A stretch of 64,000 nucleotides of DNA, taken from the NCBI GenBank assembly GCA_951406725.2, contig OX597828.1:29760001-29824000 (forward strand). The letters run 5' to 3'. Below are positions 51,117 to 64,000 of the stretch, piece after piece (position 1 is the first letter of the stretch; every line of letters starts with the position of its first letter). Made by a program: the position numbers and the translations under genes. The notes beneath the pieces are model-generated. The model did not search any database, was not told the DNA's origin, and saw only the letters and a program-made list of their open reading frames with translations. Source of the DNA: Octopus vulgaris (Eukaryota).

Positions 51117-51120
<4 letters not shown>
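50641..51120. mobile_element. ~220-bp fold-back (inverted pLTR-like) element inside (TA)n
   Basis: Arms 50641-50859 and 50891-51120 are near-identical reverse complements with a 31-nt spacer. Each arm carries GAAAC-agcu-GUA (50926-50937 on plus). (TA)n lies on both sides. Confidence 0.85.
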
Positions 51121-51157
<37 letters not shown>

Positions 51158-51208
51158 GTATGATATAATATATACATGTATGTATGTATATATATATTGT
51201 TACTGTTA

Positions 51209-51671
51209 GTGTTACTGTAGCTTTTTAGCCCCAGGAGATCATCGTCTCCAGCTGCCTTTAGACACACTTTATGTGCCCTTGAAGTATTTGCAAAGGGATG
51301 GCTTTTATACTTTACATTGTCAAGCGGTTACTGTTTACATCTCGCTCTGAGATTTAAGAATGCTTACAGTCAGTTTTTCGAAATCAGTGGCAGACGTCAC
51401 TAGAAAAAACTCTTATATATTTGCAAAGCAGGCCTTGTCTTTCATTGTGACCTGGTGGTTACCGCCCGTTGATAAGAGACAATAATCTCGAAACTGGTCC
51501 GTGCGTATCACTCAGGCTTACGAGGAAGGGATGGCCTCCCTTTGCAAATACTTCAAGGGCACAGAAAGTGTGTCTAAAGCCAGCTGGAGACGATGATCTT
51601 CTGGGGCTAAAAAGCTACAGTAACACCCCCACTTTGTGGTTAGCCATATTGAGATGGCTTTTATACTTTAC

Positions 51672-51674
<3 letters not shown>
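51209..51674 (+). mobile_element. Non-autonomous Penelope-like / retrozyme-like element, 356-bp unit with hammerhead, partial tandem plus inverted segment
   Basis: Inverted arms 51209-51298 / 51537-51626. 22-bp direct repeat 51297-51318 / 51653-51674 (offset 356). Hammerhead at 51463-51505 and (TA)n on both sides. Homologous to 904-1445. Confidence 0.75.
51463..51505 (+). ncRNA. Type I hammerhead ribozyme (U3-A8 core variant)
   Basis: CGCCCG-UUGAUAA-GAGA-caauaa-UCUC-GAAAC-ug-GUC-CGUGCG. Stem I pairs at 5 of 6 positions, stem II has 4 bp, stem III is minimal, and the GUC triplet is at 51497-51499. Confidence 0.7.
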
Positions 51675-51743
<69 letters not shown>

Positions 51744-52523
51744 TACATGCTGCTATTCAGTTAGTAAGGAACTCTGCATCCTTTAGGATGTAAATGAATA
51801 TTTGTCAATTTTGCCTTGATGGGATTCTTCCCTTTTAAATTCGTAATGCAACTTTAATTGTAAAATATGAATGAAGGTCGGAAATTGAAACGTGCGTAGG
51901 CAACATGAAATTGACTATTAGATAAATAAATTGATTTCTTCTGTGTTCGCACTATTCAATTATCTTATCTTATATATAAACTTCAAAATCACTAGAATTA
52001 AATGTTTCTCATCTATATTAAACGGTAATATAGAAAAATGGGATACTTTATACGACCAATCTAGTGCAGAGATTTCAATAAAAGATGAAATTTATAAACG
52101 TGATGAATTTAATCGTTTCACCAGACTCACAAATAGGATATTTTTCGTCAATTGAAAATACATATACAACAAAGTGACATTTCAGTGCATTATTTTACAG
52201 AAGACCAGACAAAACTAATTAGAAAAAAATGCTACTTGGAAACAATTTTCTATATAGAAATTTACACAAAAAATGAATTGTGCAAACTTTATATTGTTAG
52301 AAAAATCTTAATGAAAAATCATTGTATATACACCTTCTGGACACGTGAATTATTAATGTAACCAATAGATATTTGTTTTCAGTTGTGATAGCAATTTCAT
52401 CAATTGCAAAGTTTTTTGCATGACCTCTTGTTGCCGACTTAAAACGCTATAATAATCAGCCGATGTCATTTCATTCGGAACCGGATTTTGATGTTTCGAT
52501 ACATAAATTGAATAAGTAAGGTT

Positions 52524-52559
<36 letters not shown>

Positions 52560-52560
52560 G

Positions 52561-52627
<67 letters not shown>

Positions 52628-52674
52628 GTACATATATATATGTGTGTGTGAGTGTGTGTATGTGTGTGTGTGTA

Positions 52675-52723
<49 letters not shown>

Positions 52724-52954
52724 GCGTATGTCTGTGCATATATATGTATATTTGTGCCCGACCACTCACACCCAAATACAAACACACGAACACAACTCTA
52801 GCAATTTTTTTCTTCAATACCTTTTCAAAAAGGCGTAGACGGCTTTTACGGAGTTATGATACGAATATAATAATCTGGCCTCCAAAATATAACTATTATA
52901 ATGTTGAGTTCGCTAATACTAGAGAAATCGTAAATCTTAATATTATTTCTTTAG

Positions 52955-53615
52955 CACTGGCACGGAAGTGCCATCCAACGGGCCTCTCAGAGGTGCATGC
53001 AGAGCGATGAAACCGTTCTGCACCCCCATGTCCAGTGCCCGAGTATTGCTGACCTGTGGGTTTATGTCGAACACCTGCGGTCACGTGTAGGAGGGATTTG
53101 GTTATCAGCTGAATCCATAGTGAGGATTGCCCCGCTGCCCTCCTTTGGCCAGAAGAGGCAGGCAATTTTTATTTCTCTAGAGGCTGTAGCGAATGAAGTA
53201 GCATGGTGGACTCGTTTGAAAAGGCTAAAGTCCGACACTTTCCTCTTTGGCCAAGCTCTCATCAACTTCTTCAAGTTTCACTTGCAGAGGAAAGTGAGGG
53301 TGGATAGGGAAGTGTTGCCTTCTTGCAAGTTTGTGGAACGGCGGGTGAATGTTGGAAGAATGGTCAGTGTAAAACGACCAATTCTGAGCATACATCTGTA
53401 AAAAAAGAAATTAAAGGAGAAGGGCTCTTTCCCCAGATGATGAAGCATCCGTAGCTTTTGTGGGGTTTTTCCAGGAGGATCTTAAAGCGCATCCCCTTAT
53501 TGGGAGTTTGATATTGTTTAATTTTCCATTGGTTTTTAAAACGTTTACTCGATTCGAAAGCCCAATGTGTGTCTTGTGTTGTCGTTTATGTTTGTGTCAT
53601 GTAATTTTATGTATC
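52955..53615 (+). mobile_element. Tx1/L1-like LINE 3' end (ORF2 C-terminal zinc-knuckle region plus 3' UTR)
   Basis: Translates to HGSAIQRASQRCMQSDETVLHPHVQCPSIADLW...AWWTR...FFKFHLQRKVRVDREVL. Confidence 0.8.
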
Positions 53616-53619
53616 TGTG

Positions 53620-53925
53620 TGAGAGCGCGTGGATTAGTGGTTGGGGCATTCGATTCGGGGTCGTAAGGTCGTGTGTTCAATTCCCGGCGACGCGTGTGTC
53701 CTTGAGCAAGACACTTTATTTTACGTTACGTCGGTCCACTTAGCTGGCAAACATGAGTAGTAGCTTTATTTCAAACGGCCAGCCTTGCCACAATCTGTAT
53801 CACGTTGAATCTCACTGAGACTTCGTTAAGGGTACACGTGTCTGTGGAGTGCTCAACCACTTGCTCAGCCACTTGAACGTTAACGACCAAGCTGTTCCAT
53901 TGATCGTATCAGCTGGTACCCTCGA
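53620..53925 (+). mobile_element. SINE family C
   Basis: tRNA-like head (gtggattagtgg, gttcaattccc), CORE-like gtgtccttgagcaagacactt and the shared family C tail. Confidence 0.85.
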
Positions 53926-54418
53926 GTGTTCCTAGATATATCTGTACGTTAGCCCTTGTGACCAGTAACATTATGGATTATGTCTTTAGCACTACATGCG
54001 ATGCATTTCCAATATTTGAATCTCTTACTTGCTATTGGACTGTTCATTACCATCTTATTTTCACGGGTTTTGTGCCTAACGATACGCTAGATTCATTTTA
54101 GAAAACGGTTTTAGGCATTAAGTAAATGAATTATCGTCAATGATATTTTCTAATGAAATAGAATTATATTAATCTTGTCTTTTGATCTAAAGTTCTTGAA
54201 TTATATATATGTAAGTTATAAATTATACTAATAACATTGTGTGCCTATGAGCAACAGAATATTTTAGACATCGGACAGATAAACACATTGGAAAAAAAAT
54301 TGTCTTGAAACAAATATAACCTTTAGGTGAAAGTCAGTGATATTCTCTTAAAACGAGTATGATTTCATAAGAAACAGAGCTGCACTATGGAGAGCTATAT
54401 TCCAAGACGGAAATTCAA

Positions 54419-54661
54419 CACACACAGACACACACACATATATATATGTACGCACACACACACACACATATATATATGTACGCATACACACACACATACA
54501 TGTACGTACACACATACACACACAAACATATATATGTACGTACACACATACACACATATATATGTAAGCACACTCACACACACACATATATATGTACGTA
54601 CACACACACACACATATATATATGTACGCACACATACACACATGTATGTACGCACACACAG

Positions 54662-54703
<42 letters not shown>

Positions 54704-54766
54704 TATTTGTAAATGTATGCATATATATATATATATATATGTAAGTATATATACATATATACATAC

Positions 54767-54828
<62 letters not shown>

Positions 54829-54840
54829 TTATGTATGTAT
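54419..54840. repeat. Higher-order (CA)n(TA)n-tgtacg minisatellite
   Basis: A unit of about 22-30 bp (acacacacatatatatgtacg) repeated several times, then (TA)n. Confidence 0.85.
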
Positions 54841-55038
54841 TCCTGTCTCTTTGATTTATTCCACACTAGTATCCAGGAATGAGGATTCATTTGCCTTCAG
54901 CAGAGAGACTCAGTCGGTGGGGAGGCAATAACATCGTCTATCCATGATGTTAAAGAGTTTTGTGTGTGTGTTTACATGCGTTTTTGAGTGTAAGTATTTA
55001 TCTGTGCAGCATACATGCGATACACACACACACATATA

Positions 55039-55093
<55 letters not shown>

Positions 55094-56185
55094 GCGAATA
55101 TCTACATGCATACGTATAAATATGTATGTATATATATTAGATAAGCATATTTCTATGACAGTAAAAAGAGACACATTTTGATATGCATATATTCACGTAT
55201 TTATTAATATGTTTACGTTTTTCAAAGAAAACAAACTGCTTGTAAATAAACAAGGAATATAAACTCCATTACGTAAATAACCTCAGGAGGGAAACGTACA
55301 AAATGGAATCAACAACAATAATTATCTCAGCCTCGCTAATGTATATTTCCTGTTAAACGAGATGCTATGTATTCCATTTCTAAAACGTTTACATATTGCT
55401 GTTCATTTAACCCTATCATTGAATATCAAATTGTAAGAGAGATCATATTGAAACAACAACGCTGCAAATTTGCGGAGTCTTTAGAGCACCCACTTGCATA
55501 CTTTACCTTGCTGGTTTCGCCTCTCTGAGTTCAAATCCAATTGAGAAGCTAACTGGAACCTTTAGTTTATTGGTGTTATTAAATTACTCAACCGGCAAGC
55601 TGACAGATTCTGTAACACGTCGGACAAAATACTTCGGAGTATTTCTTTACGTTCTGAGTTCAAGTTCATCCGAGGCCGGTTTTGCTTTTCCTTCTTTAAG
55701 AGTCAATGACTTGAGTACCGAAAATTCCTGACTTTGTACTAATTTTTTGTTTTTTGACATGACGTGGCCAACAGAACTCAGATAACATAGTCTCCTTTTA
55801 CCAATATTTTTGTCATCACCCAGTAAACATTCAGAAAGAACGATGCATGGATGAAGGCCATGAAAGATCAAATGCTATGGAACACTGGACAGAAATTTGT
55901 TTTCATATTTAGTCTGGATAGTTTACATTCTGAATGAAACCTTATATCGAATTTATCTTTCTATTTCATCCCCTTCTGCCTGATACGAATCAGTTACACC
56001 CGAGAGGCGACTAAATGGGTTTTCAAGTAAAACAAAGCCGTTCCCATGACATTTCCACCGCTGCTACAATCGATTTCAATTTTCAGCCTTTCTCTTCGGC
56101 ATTTCTCTGAGTATTCCATTATCTTCATCCCAGTGCGCACGTCTCAATATCGTTGACGGGAGATTCCATCTACCTCATCACTAGT

Positions 56186-56255
<70 letters not shown>

Positions 56256-56290
56256 GTATATATATGTGTATATATATATATGTGTATATA

Positions 56291-56365
<75 letters not shown>

Positions 56366-56649
56366 AGCGAGAGATAGAAATAGATACATAGATATACATA
56401 TAGATAGATATACGTATAGATATATGTATACTTACACACACGTACACACACATACACACAAACACACACACACATTAATTCGAAGGATGTACAAAGTATA
56501 TACGATCTATCCTCAAGTAATTAAAAAATTTCTTTACAAAACGATATTAATATTGACCTCTTGACGGGTAATTTCAATGATGTCACTACTAATTAGTTTA
56601 TTTTTCTCTTGACAAAAGCTGTGCTTTCTTTGTTATATTCATCTCCCCA

Positions 56650-57030
56650 ATCCTGGAGATCATCAGCTGCAGTGTGTACTCATTGAACTTTTACAGAAGC
56701 CCAGCTGCTCTCTATTTCATCAATATTGAAGGATGTTCGTTTTTGTCTTTTCTAAAAGACACTTTTGAAATAATGATGACTTGAGATTCTCCACCCTCAA
56801 CAAACATGATGGTGGCTCTCTTGAGGACGTCTTCTGTTTCTGAGTTTATACATTACTAACAGTGAACTTATGATCAATGCTGCATTCAGCGACATTCATG
56901 GGTCTTGTTGTCTCTATAATTCTGCCTTCTTACAATTGTCTGCTCCAGACGATGTCCAGCCTAATATGAAACAATAGATTCTACTTACTCAAAGATCCTC
57001 TTTATTCCCAGTACAGACTTCCGTCTTTCA
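56650..57030 (-). mobile_element. Degenerate RTE-like LINE fragment (end of APE)
   Basis: Minus frames give TRPMNVAECSIDHK and KLRNRRRPQ. gatgaaatagagagcagctgggc recurs on the plus strand at about 57749-57785. Confidence 0.4.
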
Positions 57031-57201
57031 GTAAGATGCAAGATGTATTCGATTTCTCCACACACCAAACGCTTTCATACACTGTAATACAAGGATGTGA
57101 GGATGCGGGATCACAAGGATTCGTAGATAACAAGATCTATGTGTTTAAATGGATGCGGCATTGACCAATCTTTACTCTTAGTAAAATAAAATTTAGATAT
57201 A

Positions 57202-57369
57202 GCAGGAGTGGCTGTGTGGTAAGTAGCTTGCTAACCAGCCACATGGTTGCGGGTTCAGTCCCACTGCGTGGCATCTTGGGCAAGTGTCTTCTGCTATAGC
57301 CCCGGGCCGACCAATGCCTTGTGAGTGGATTTGGTAGACGGAAACTGAAAGAAGCCTGTCGTATATATG

Positions 57370-57410
<41 letters not shown>

Positions 57411-57632
57411 TTGTGTGTCTGTGTTTGTGTGTCCCCCTAGCATTGCTTGACAACCAATGCTGGTGTGTTTACGTCCCCGTCACTTAGCGGTTCGGCAAAA
57501 GATGCCGATAGAATAAGTACTGGGCTTACAAAGAATAAGTCTCGGGGTCGATTTGATCGACTAAAGGCGGTGCTCCAGCATGGCCGCAGTCAAATGACTG
57601 AAACAAGTAAAAGAGTAAAAGAGTAAAGAGAG
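57202..57632 (+). mobile_element. SINE family A, near full length
   Basis: Close match to 6918-7327, with an (aaagagt)n tail. Confidence 0.92.
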
Positions 57633-57903
57633 TATAGGAGACATCGCCTAGTTAAGCCACCGCCAAAATAGCTGAGAGGGGATAATCAGCACTACAAAGT
57701 GTGTTATATCATGTCTTATGAAAACTAAACCAAACGTTTATTAATCCCGATGAAATAGAGAGCAGGTGGGCATCTCTAAAAGCTGGAGATATGCAATTCT
57801 TGAATAAAGATACGAGACAAACGAAAGGTTTTACTTGAAAATGCGGAGTGTGCGCTCATCTAAATACAATTAGAAGCTTAGGCTTATAAGCTTTCATCGT
57901 ATA

Positions 57904-58216
57904 TCTTTATATATAAAAGTGAAGTTGTGTGTCTGTCTCCTACGATTTAGATTCCTAACTACTCCCACATTTTGCAGTGCAGTGTAACCAAAAGCGGGTA
58001 AAAAAAATTACCATCATTTTCCCTCATTTTTAATGCATTTTTTTTGCTATTATATAAGGGAAGTAACTCTCTAAAAATGTATTATTAAATCTCAGAACGT
58101 AAAACGCTACGGTAACACCCCCCCTTTGTGGTTAGCCATATAGAGATGGCTATTATAAAAATGCTTATATAGTTATTTCCCTTACAAACCCGAGCAACGC
58201 CGAGCGATACTGCTAG
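57904..58216 (+). mobile_element. Non-autonomous Helitron (313 bp)
   Basis: Starts A|TCTTTATATATAAAAG, has a subterminal imperfect hairpin cccgagcaacgccgag, ends CTAG|T, and has no TSD. Confidence 0.8.
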
Positions 58217-58524
58217 TTGACTATATAAATAGTTTAACATTGGTGCATATAAACCCCCTAAAGAAAAGATGGGTATTAGTATGCGTGGGTATCTTATCTA
58301 CACCTAATTTCGAGTTAATTCTGCTGACAGATTATATCAACTTATCCCTAATATTAGACTATTTTCCTTAGCTGCATCATGCTCAATATATTTGTATAAA
58401 ATATTAGATTGTGCTTTGTTCCTACAATGTTAAAGTGCCATGAAATGCTGTTCTTTTATAAATATTTTACGAGTGAAAATGATGTATGTATGTGTATGAG
58501 GATGGGTACTATACATACACACAT

Positions 58525-58606
<82 letters not shown>

Positions 58607-61238
58607 ACATACACTCTGAGACACACTAGGTACATTTAGCCGCGTGTTTGTGTGTGCTTGGTGTGTGTGTAAGGAGAGAGAGGGAGGGAGGCAGGAGAAA
58701 GGGAGACATGAATAGAACAGCTTGCTAGATAAATGGAAAGGAAAAGAGGTAGAGAGCTTTGGAATTGCATACAAATACATTTCTATGTATAGGTGCATGC
58801 ATGCATGTGTAACGATTATGTGTGTGAATATATATGTATATATGTGTATATATAAATATATAATATATATATGTGTGTATATGTATATATACTATATATA
58901 TATATATATATATGAAAGTATGTATTAATATATTTTGTTATTATATGATCGAACACCACGCATCCACTTCCAAGTAAGTTTTATCTTAATAATTATGATC
59001 CGTACTCTTAACTTTGCTTTTGCCCTTCTGTCTGTCTCTCTCCCTCTCTTGTTCTTCATCCTTTCTGGTTTTTGCTCCCACCCTTCCCTATTCTTCTCCT
59101 CTCCCTTTCACCGTTCCCTCTCTCTTACATGGCCTCCTCCCTCTCGTCACTGACACGTGACCAAAGGGAAGCTTTCTTTCTGACTTCTACCGTCAACACG
59201 GCTTATCCTGTCCTTCTCGTAAGCCGCCTTCTCAATGCGTTCAAAATAATTTTTCTATCGTCTCGGCTTAACAACCCTCATCATTTGTTTTTATAGTGAT
59301 ATTCTCCTTGTCCTGTCTTTTACTGCTTTTATTTGTATTGGTTTTACTGTCTTGTTTTGTTTTTACTGTCCTGTTCTTGTTACCAGTTTTACCCCTCCGC
59401 AAAAAATCCCAAATTTTATTTAATTTGCAATGTGGGAAGGACTGTTTCAACAACGTCGCGTCTTGTCCTTACCTTCGGAACGCGGAGAAGCCGAAACAGG
59501 GGCAACTGAAGAAGGAGAATATTCCTTGTGCTTTATGTTGGAGATAACATCAGAGTTATCTTCATCTTGTTTTTAGTGCCTCTGGATATGTTTTATGCGT
59601 ATTTGCTTTGAGTTTTTAAACAACCTCAGCAAGATGCTGGTTGGAATTTGCATTGCTATGTTCCGTACCCGTATGAATTCTTAACCAGGCAAATTCTGGG
59701 GGATTTCCAAGTAGAACACTCTCTATACCATCACACAAAATATTTTATTGTAAGCAATTTTATGATTGTAAACAGAATGTGATATTAAATAACAATAAAA
59801 GTGGTGAACAGAAAGTTTCCCAACATATAGCCATCGGTATGTCAATAGAGTAAGGCTATAAAAGTTAGTAAGTATTTCAATAAAACTTAAGTTTATTGTT
59901 AATGAAACGTTTGATCATATTTTCTAGATTTTTGTATAATAAAGTAAAGTAGGTTTCTTCGTTAGTTGCTTGATAAATTTCACAAGTCCACATACGTGTT
60001 CGGTTATAATTCTTTGTGTATCAATGATTGTGTGTACGGATGTATGTTTGTATATGTGATTTATGATTGACAGTCACCTTCACTGCAAAGAGAATATGAC
60101 GTTGGTTAGACATAGTGGTATAGTTTAAGTGGGCGGCACAGGGGCAGCTCTTGGGTTTGTCTCAGCCGTTCCCTCCCCGTATATAGGCTGAACCACAATG
60201 GGCCTCCTCTATAAAAGCGCTACCTCTAGGTTGACCATCCCCATCACCCTCGCTACCCACGCTGCTCACTGTTGGATTTCAGTAGAGATTATATTAGTAT
60301 AAAAACAAGATAAAATGGCAAATAGGTAAATTGGACGAATAACCCGTCCTGTCATTTTCATCTTCTATGAAACAAATTATTGAACGAGCCGGTTCATGAT
60401 CTCATGTTGTACTAAAAATAGTAGCAAAATTTTCCTCGAATCAAAGAGTACCGCTTCAAATTTTTTTTAAAACGGAATGTATGTTAAACAATGTATTTCG
60501 AAGTATACAAAGAAATAAAGATGGCACAGTTTCAGATTAAGTATTTTTGATTTTATGTCTCCTTAATCTCTAGAATGATCTAGGGCAAAACAGCGCCACT
60601 CTCGCCACATTACTGCCACCACTACCCATACTCTTGACTACAAGATCAAAGCTTCAGCACTACCATCCCACTAACACTACCATCACCTCCATCACTACAT
60701 ACCTCCCCGCCGCCTATTCATCACCAGCAACAAGAAATGTTAGACTCAATAACCTGACGGATGGGTCGAAATGATGGTACCTAATCAATTATATATGTCC
60801 TTTTAAACAACACATACTTCTGTTTAATCGAAAGGAAATCAATATGCAATCTATATTCTTTGAAATATAATTTCTTCATTTATTATGAATAGCTGAAAAT
60901 AAATTTAGATCTATATTTTTAAAAATGAAGTACTATGAAGGCACGTCTCTCTACTTCTCTATTTCAAGTGACACTTGGTCAAATTTATGTTCTATTCCAC
61001 CATACATAGTAATATATATGAACCGAGAATCTACTTAAAACATTTAATCAATTTCGCTTTTTTTCCCCCTTTTCCCAGCAAATTTGTCCTCATAACTGTT
61101 GAAGAGAAATCGATGTGTGCATACGTGCGTCATTATATATGTATATAAGTATGTATGTATTTATGTATGTATGTATATATGTATATATATATATGCACAC
61201 ATATATGTATATATATTTATATATATATATACACATAT

Positions 61239-61277
<39 letters not shown>

Positions 61278-61308
61278 AATATATACATATATGTATATCA
61301 GTGTGTGT

Positions 61309-61356
<48 letters not shown>

Positions 61357-61365
61357 TCACACACT

Positions 61366-61414
<49 letters not shown>

Positions 61415-61921
61415 CCTTTCTCTTATTCTTTTATTCTTTAACTCGTTTCAGCCATGCGGCTGCGGTCATGCTAGTGCACTACCGTGAAAATAATTGCACG
61501 CCCGCATACATATGCGCGTCTGTTTCTCTGTACACTCACGCGCGCGCATGTGTGTGTGTGTGTGTGTGTTTGGCTTCAATAAGGAAGATATCAGAATGAA
61601 TATAATCTTGAAATAAGCGCAAAAACATCTTCAACTTAAATCAGCTGCAGGTATTTCGTTGCCGTCGTTGTTGTTACTTTTTATTCCTAGGTAAACGCTG
61701 GTATATCCATTGGAAGTATTCCAGCCACGCCCATCCCGATTCAGTAGCAATTACTGAGATTTTCCTTCGTGAAACCTGCTGCTTGGTCCACGAATATATT
61801 TCGTGGAAAGTACAAAACGTCTGTAACTATCTGTTAAATGGCTGTATTGGATAAAAGCTAAATATATTCCTGTTGCCAAAACACATTTAACACTTCAGTA
61901 ATTCTTTCTTTCAATAATACT

Positions 61922-62153
61922 TATTTCTTTATTACCCACAAAAGAGCTAAACACAGAGGGGACAAACAAGGACAGATACAGGTATTAAGTCGATTACATC
62001 GGCCCCAGTTTGTAACTGGTACTTAATTTATCGACACCGAAAGGATGAAAGGCAAAGTCGACCTCGGCGGAATTTGAACTCACAACGTCTACGCAGACGA
62101 AATACCGCTAAGCATTTAACCCGGGGTGCTAACGTTTCTGCCAGCTCGCCGCC
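61922..62153 (-). mobile_element. SINE family B with 12-bp TSD
   Basis: TSD ttcaataatact at 61910-61921 and 62154-62165. Confidence 0.92.
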
Positions 62154-62522
62154 TTCAATAATACTGGCAGCAGTAACCAGAGCAGCTGCGCTGATAAGAT
62201 TGATCTATAATAATGTTAATAATTGTTATCATGTTAATAATTCTGAAGTAAATGATAAAGATTTCAAGTTTTAATTATGATAATGATGAAGAAGGGAGAA
62301 TGACAATGGAAATTATGATGGTGATGATATTTAAATAGTTGTTATCCCATCCAGGGCAGCAAGGGAGGGAGTTTGCTTCATCCATTTAATATCATACTAT
62401 CGTATTTATGCAGATCATCCGTGTACACTTGCATACAAACAAACATAAATGCACGCCCTTGCGCGCATATACACGCATCGCCTGTTTACAACATATACGC
62501 TAGATAAAAACGCCATACATGC

Positions 62523-62586
<64 letters not shown>

Positions 62587-64000
62587 ATGTGTGTGTCTCA
62601 GTACCTGGAAGTATTGAACCCGAGACTCCCTTCATGGTGCAGTTTAAAGTCATACCCAAGTCATACACACCACGACATTACATACATACATACATGCATA
62701 CATACATACATAGACTGAGTGAGTGCGTGCATATGAACATATATAAATGAAAGAGTGCATATTTCTGCCTTTATGTGCAAAAACTTATTAAACTGATCGA
62801 CTCTCGTTTGCAAATATGTGTGAAAACCTTATTACATTTGTAATTAGTTGCAAATCACACAAACACCCATTGAACTCGTAGCAAAAATAAAAAGATCCTT
62901 GCTCGGATGTATGTGGCATACTTTTGCACCGATTATAATGGTTTAGTTAAATTTACTTACGCCCATAAACACATACACACTGACGGTTATTTGCACACTC
63001 ACAGCCATAGAATCACCCATGAAATACATACGGGAATACGAAAATACATACATTAACACTCTTACACAGATTTTAGCTTAAATTTATGATTGTGAAATTT
63101 GTTAATGGGGATCAATGATAAAGGTGAAAAAAACCATTTTCTTCCAAACCAAATCAGTTTTAAAATAAGTGTCTATTTTGAGAAAAGAAGGGCGAAACCA
63201 AAATACATTATAGATGATAACATTTCTAAACCTCATATCTTGTGGCCAATGGTATATAGGAAAAAATATATAGCTTCCGGCAAACTGAGATATCAACGTT
63301 CTTTAATGAACAGTAGAGACTTTTTCAGTTCACGTATGCCTTTAATACTGTTTGGAAAATACTGAATGAACAGCGCGACATAACATTACCCGTCTTTCAA
63401 AATACCGGTTAATAGTGCATAATTGAATGAAACCATTATTTTATGGAAACAGTCTGTAGAGTTATGGAAATGTTTCAACACTAATATACGGTAGTTTTGT
63501 CTAGTATTGATCCGATACATCAACTCCTACATACCTTGTATTTTTCTGTTGAGGAAAAAATATATATTCTGTCTGTAACCCATTCGCTTCTATCTAAAGT
63601 ACAATTTATTTCAAGTAGTCTGCAGCTAGGTAAAAATCTCCTTTGTCAATTACTTCCACGGAATATTTTCGCTTAAACTTAGTTATTCTTGCCCAGATCT
63701 CACTTCTCCAAACTTTACATCCAATATTTGTAGCTTTCTGAAGTTTTTTCAGCTACCAGCAACTTAATTATATCGTTTTCAGTATTGAAAACATTTATTT
63801 TAAATCCTCGTTATCTGTCCCCATCTTTCTGTAACCATTAGCTTTCGCATTTCTTCGGGACTGACAATGATTTTCTGAAGTAGTTGGCATCCTGGACTAT
63901 CTGTAACAGCTTCCTTACATATTTATATGATTGACCCTCATACGGATGTTAAAAACATACTCGAGAAAGACCAATGATCATTTCTAATTCTAATATTTAA

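Noticed and set aside
60110-60280. GC-richer patch with tataaaag and a short hairpin as a promoter
   Set aside because: There is no supporting downstream exon or other evidence, and a TATA-like word is expected by chance in this composition.

Overview
AT-rich, microsatellite-dense eukaryotic non-coding DNA, most likely an intron or intergenic region of an octopus (coleoid cephalopod) genome. The taxon is inferred from the tRNA-derived SINE families I recognise. No intact host protein-coding gene is visible, and nearly all ORF-track entries are translated microsatellites or SINEs. The window is a mosaic of three tRNA-derived SINE families (several with clean TSDs), R4/Dong-like RLE retrotransposon 3' ends in (AAT)n tracts, Tx1/L1-like, CR1-like and RTE-like LINE remnants, a DD37D (maT) transposon, two Helitron pieces, and Penelope-like (PLE) remnants beside (TA)n tracts. 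The most interesting signal is a non-coding ~357-bp mini-PLE or retrozyme-like unit found at two diverged loci (904-1445 minus, 51209-51674 plus). Each copy has a type I hammerhead ribozyme fold with a U3 core (U3-G8 in one copy, U3-A8 in the other), the same partial-tandem plus 5'-inversion layout, and a collinear vestigial ORF start. A fragment of the same family lies inside a small Helitron. All calls were made by eye, and boundaries of old degenerate repeats are approximate.
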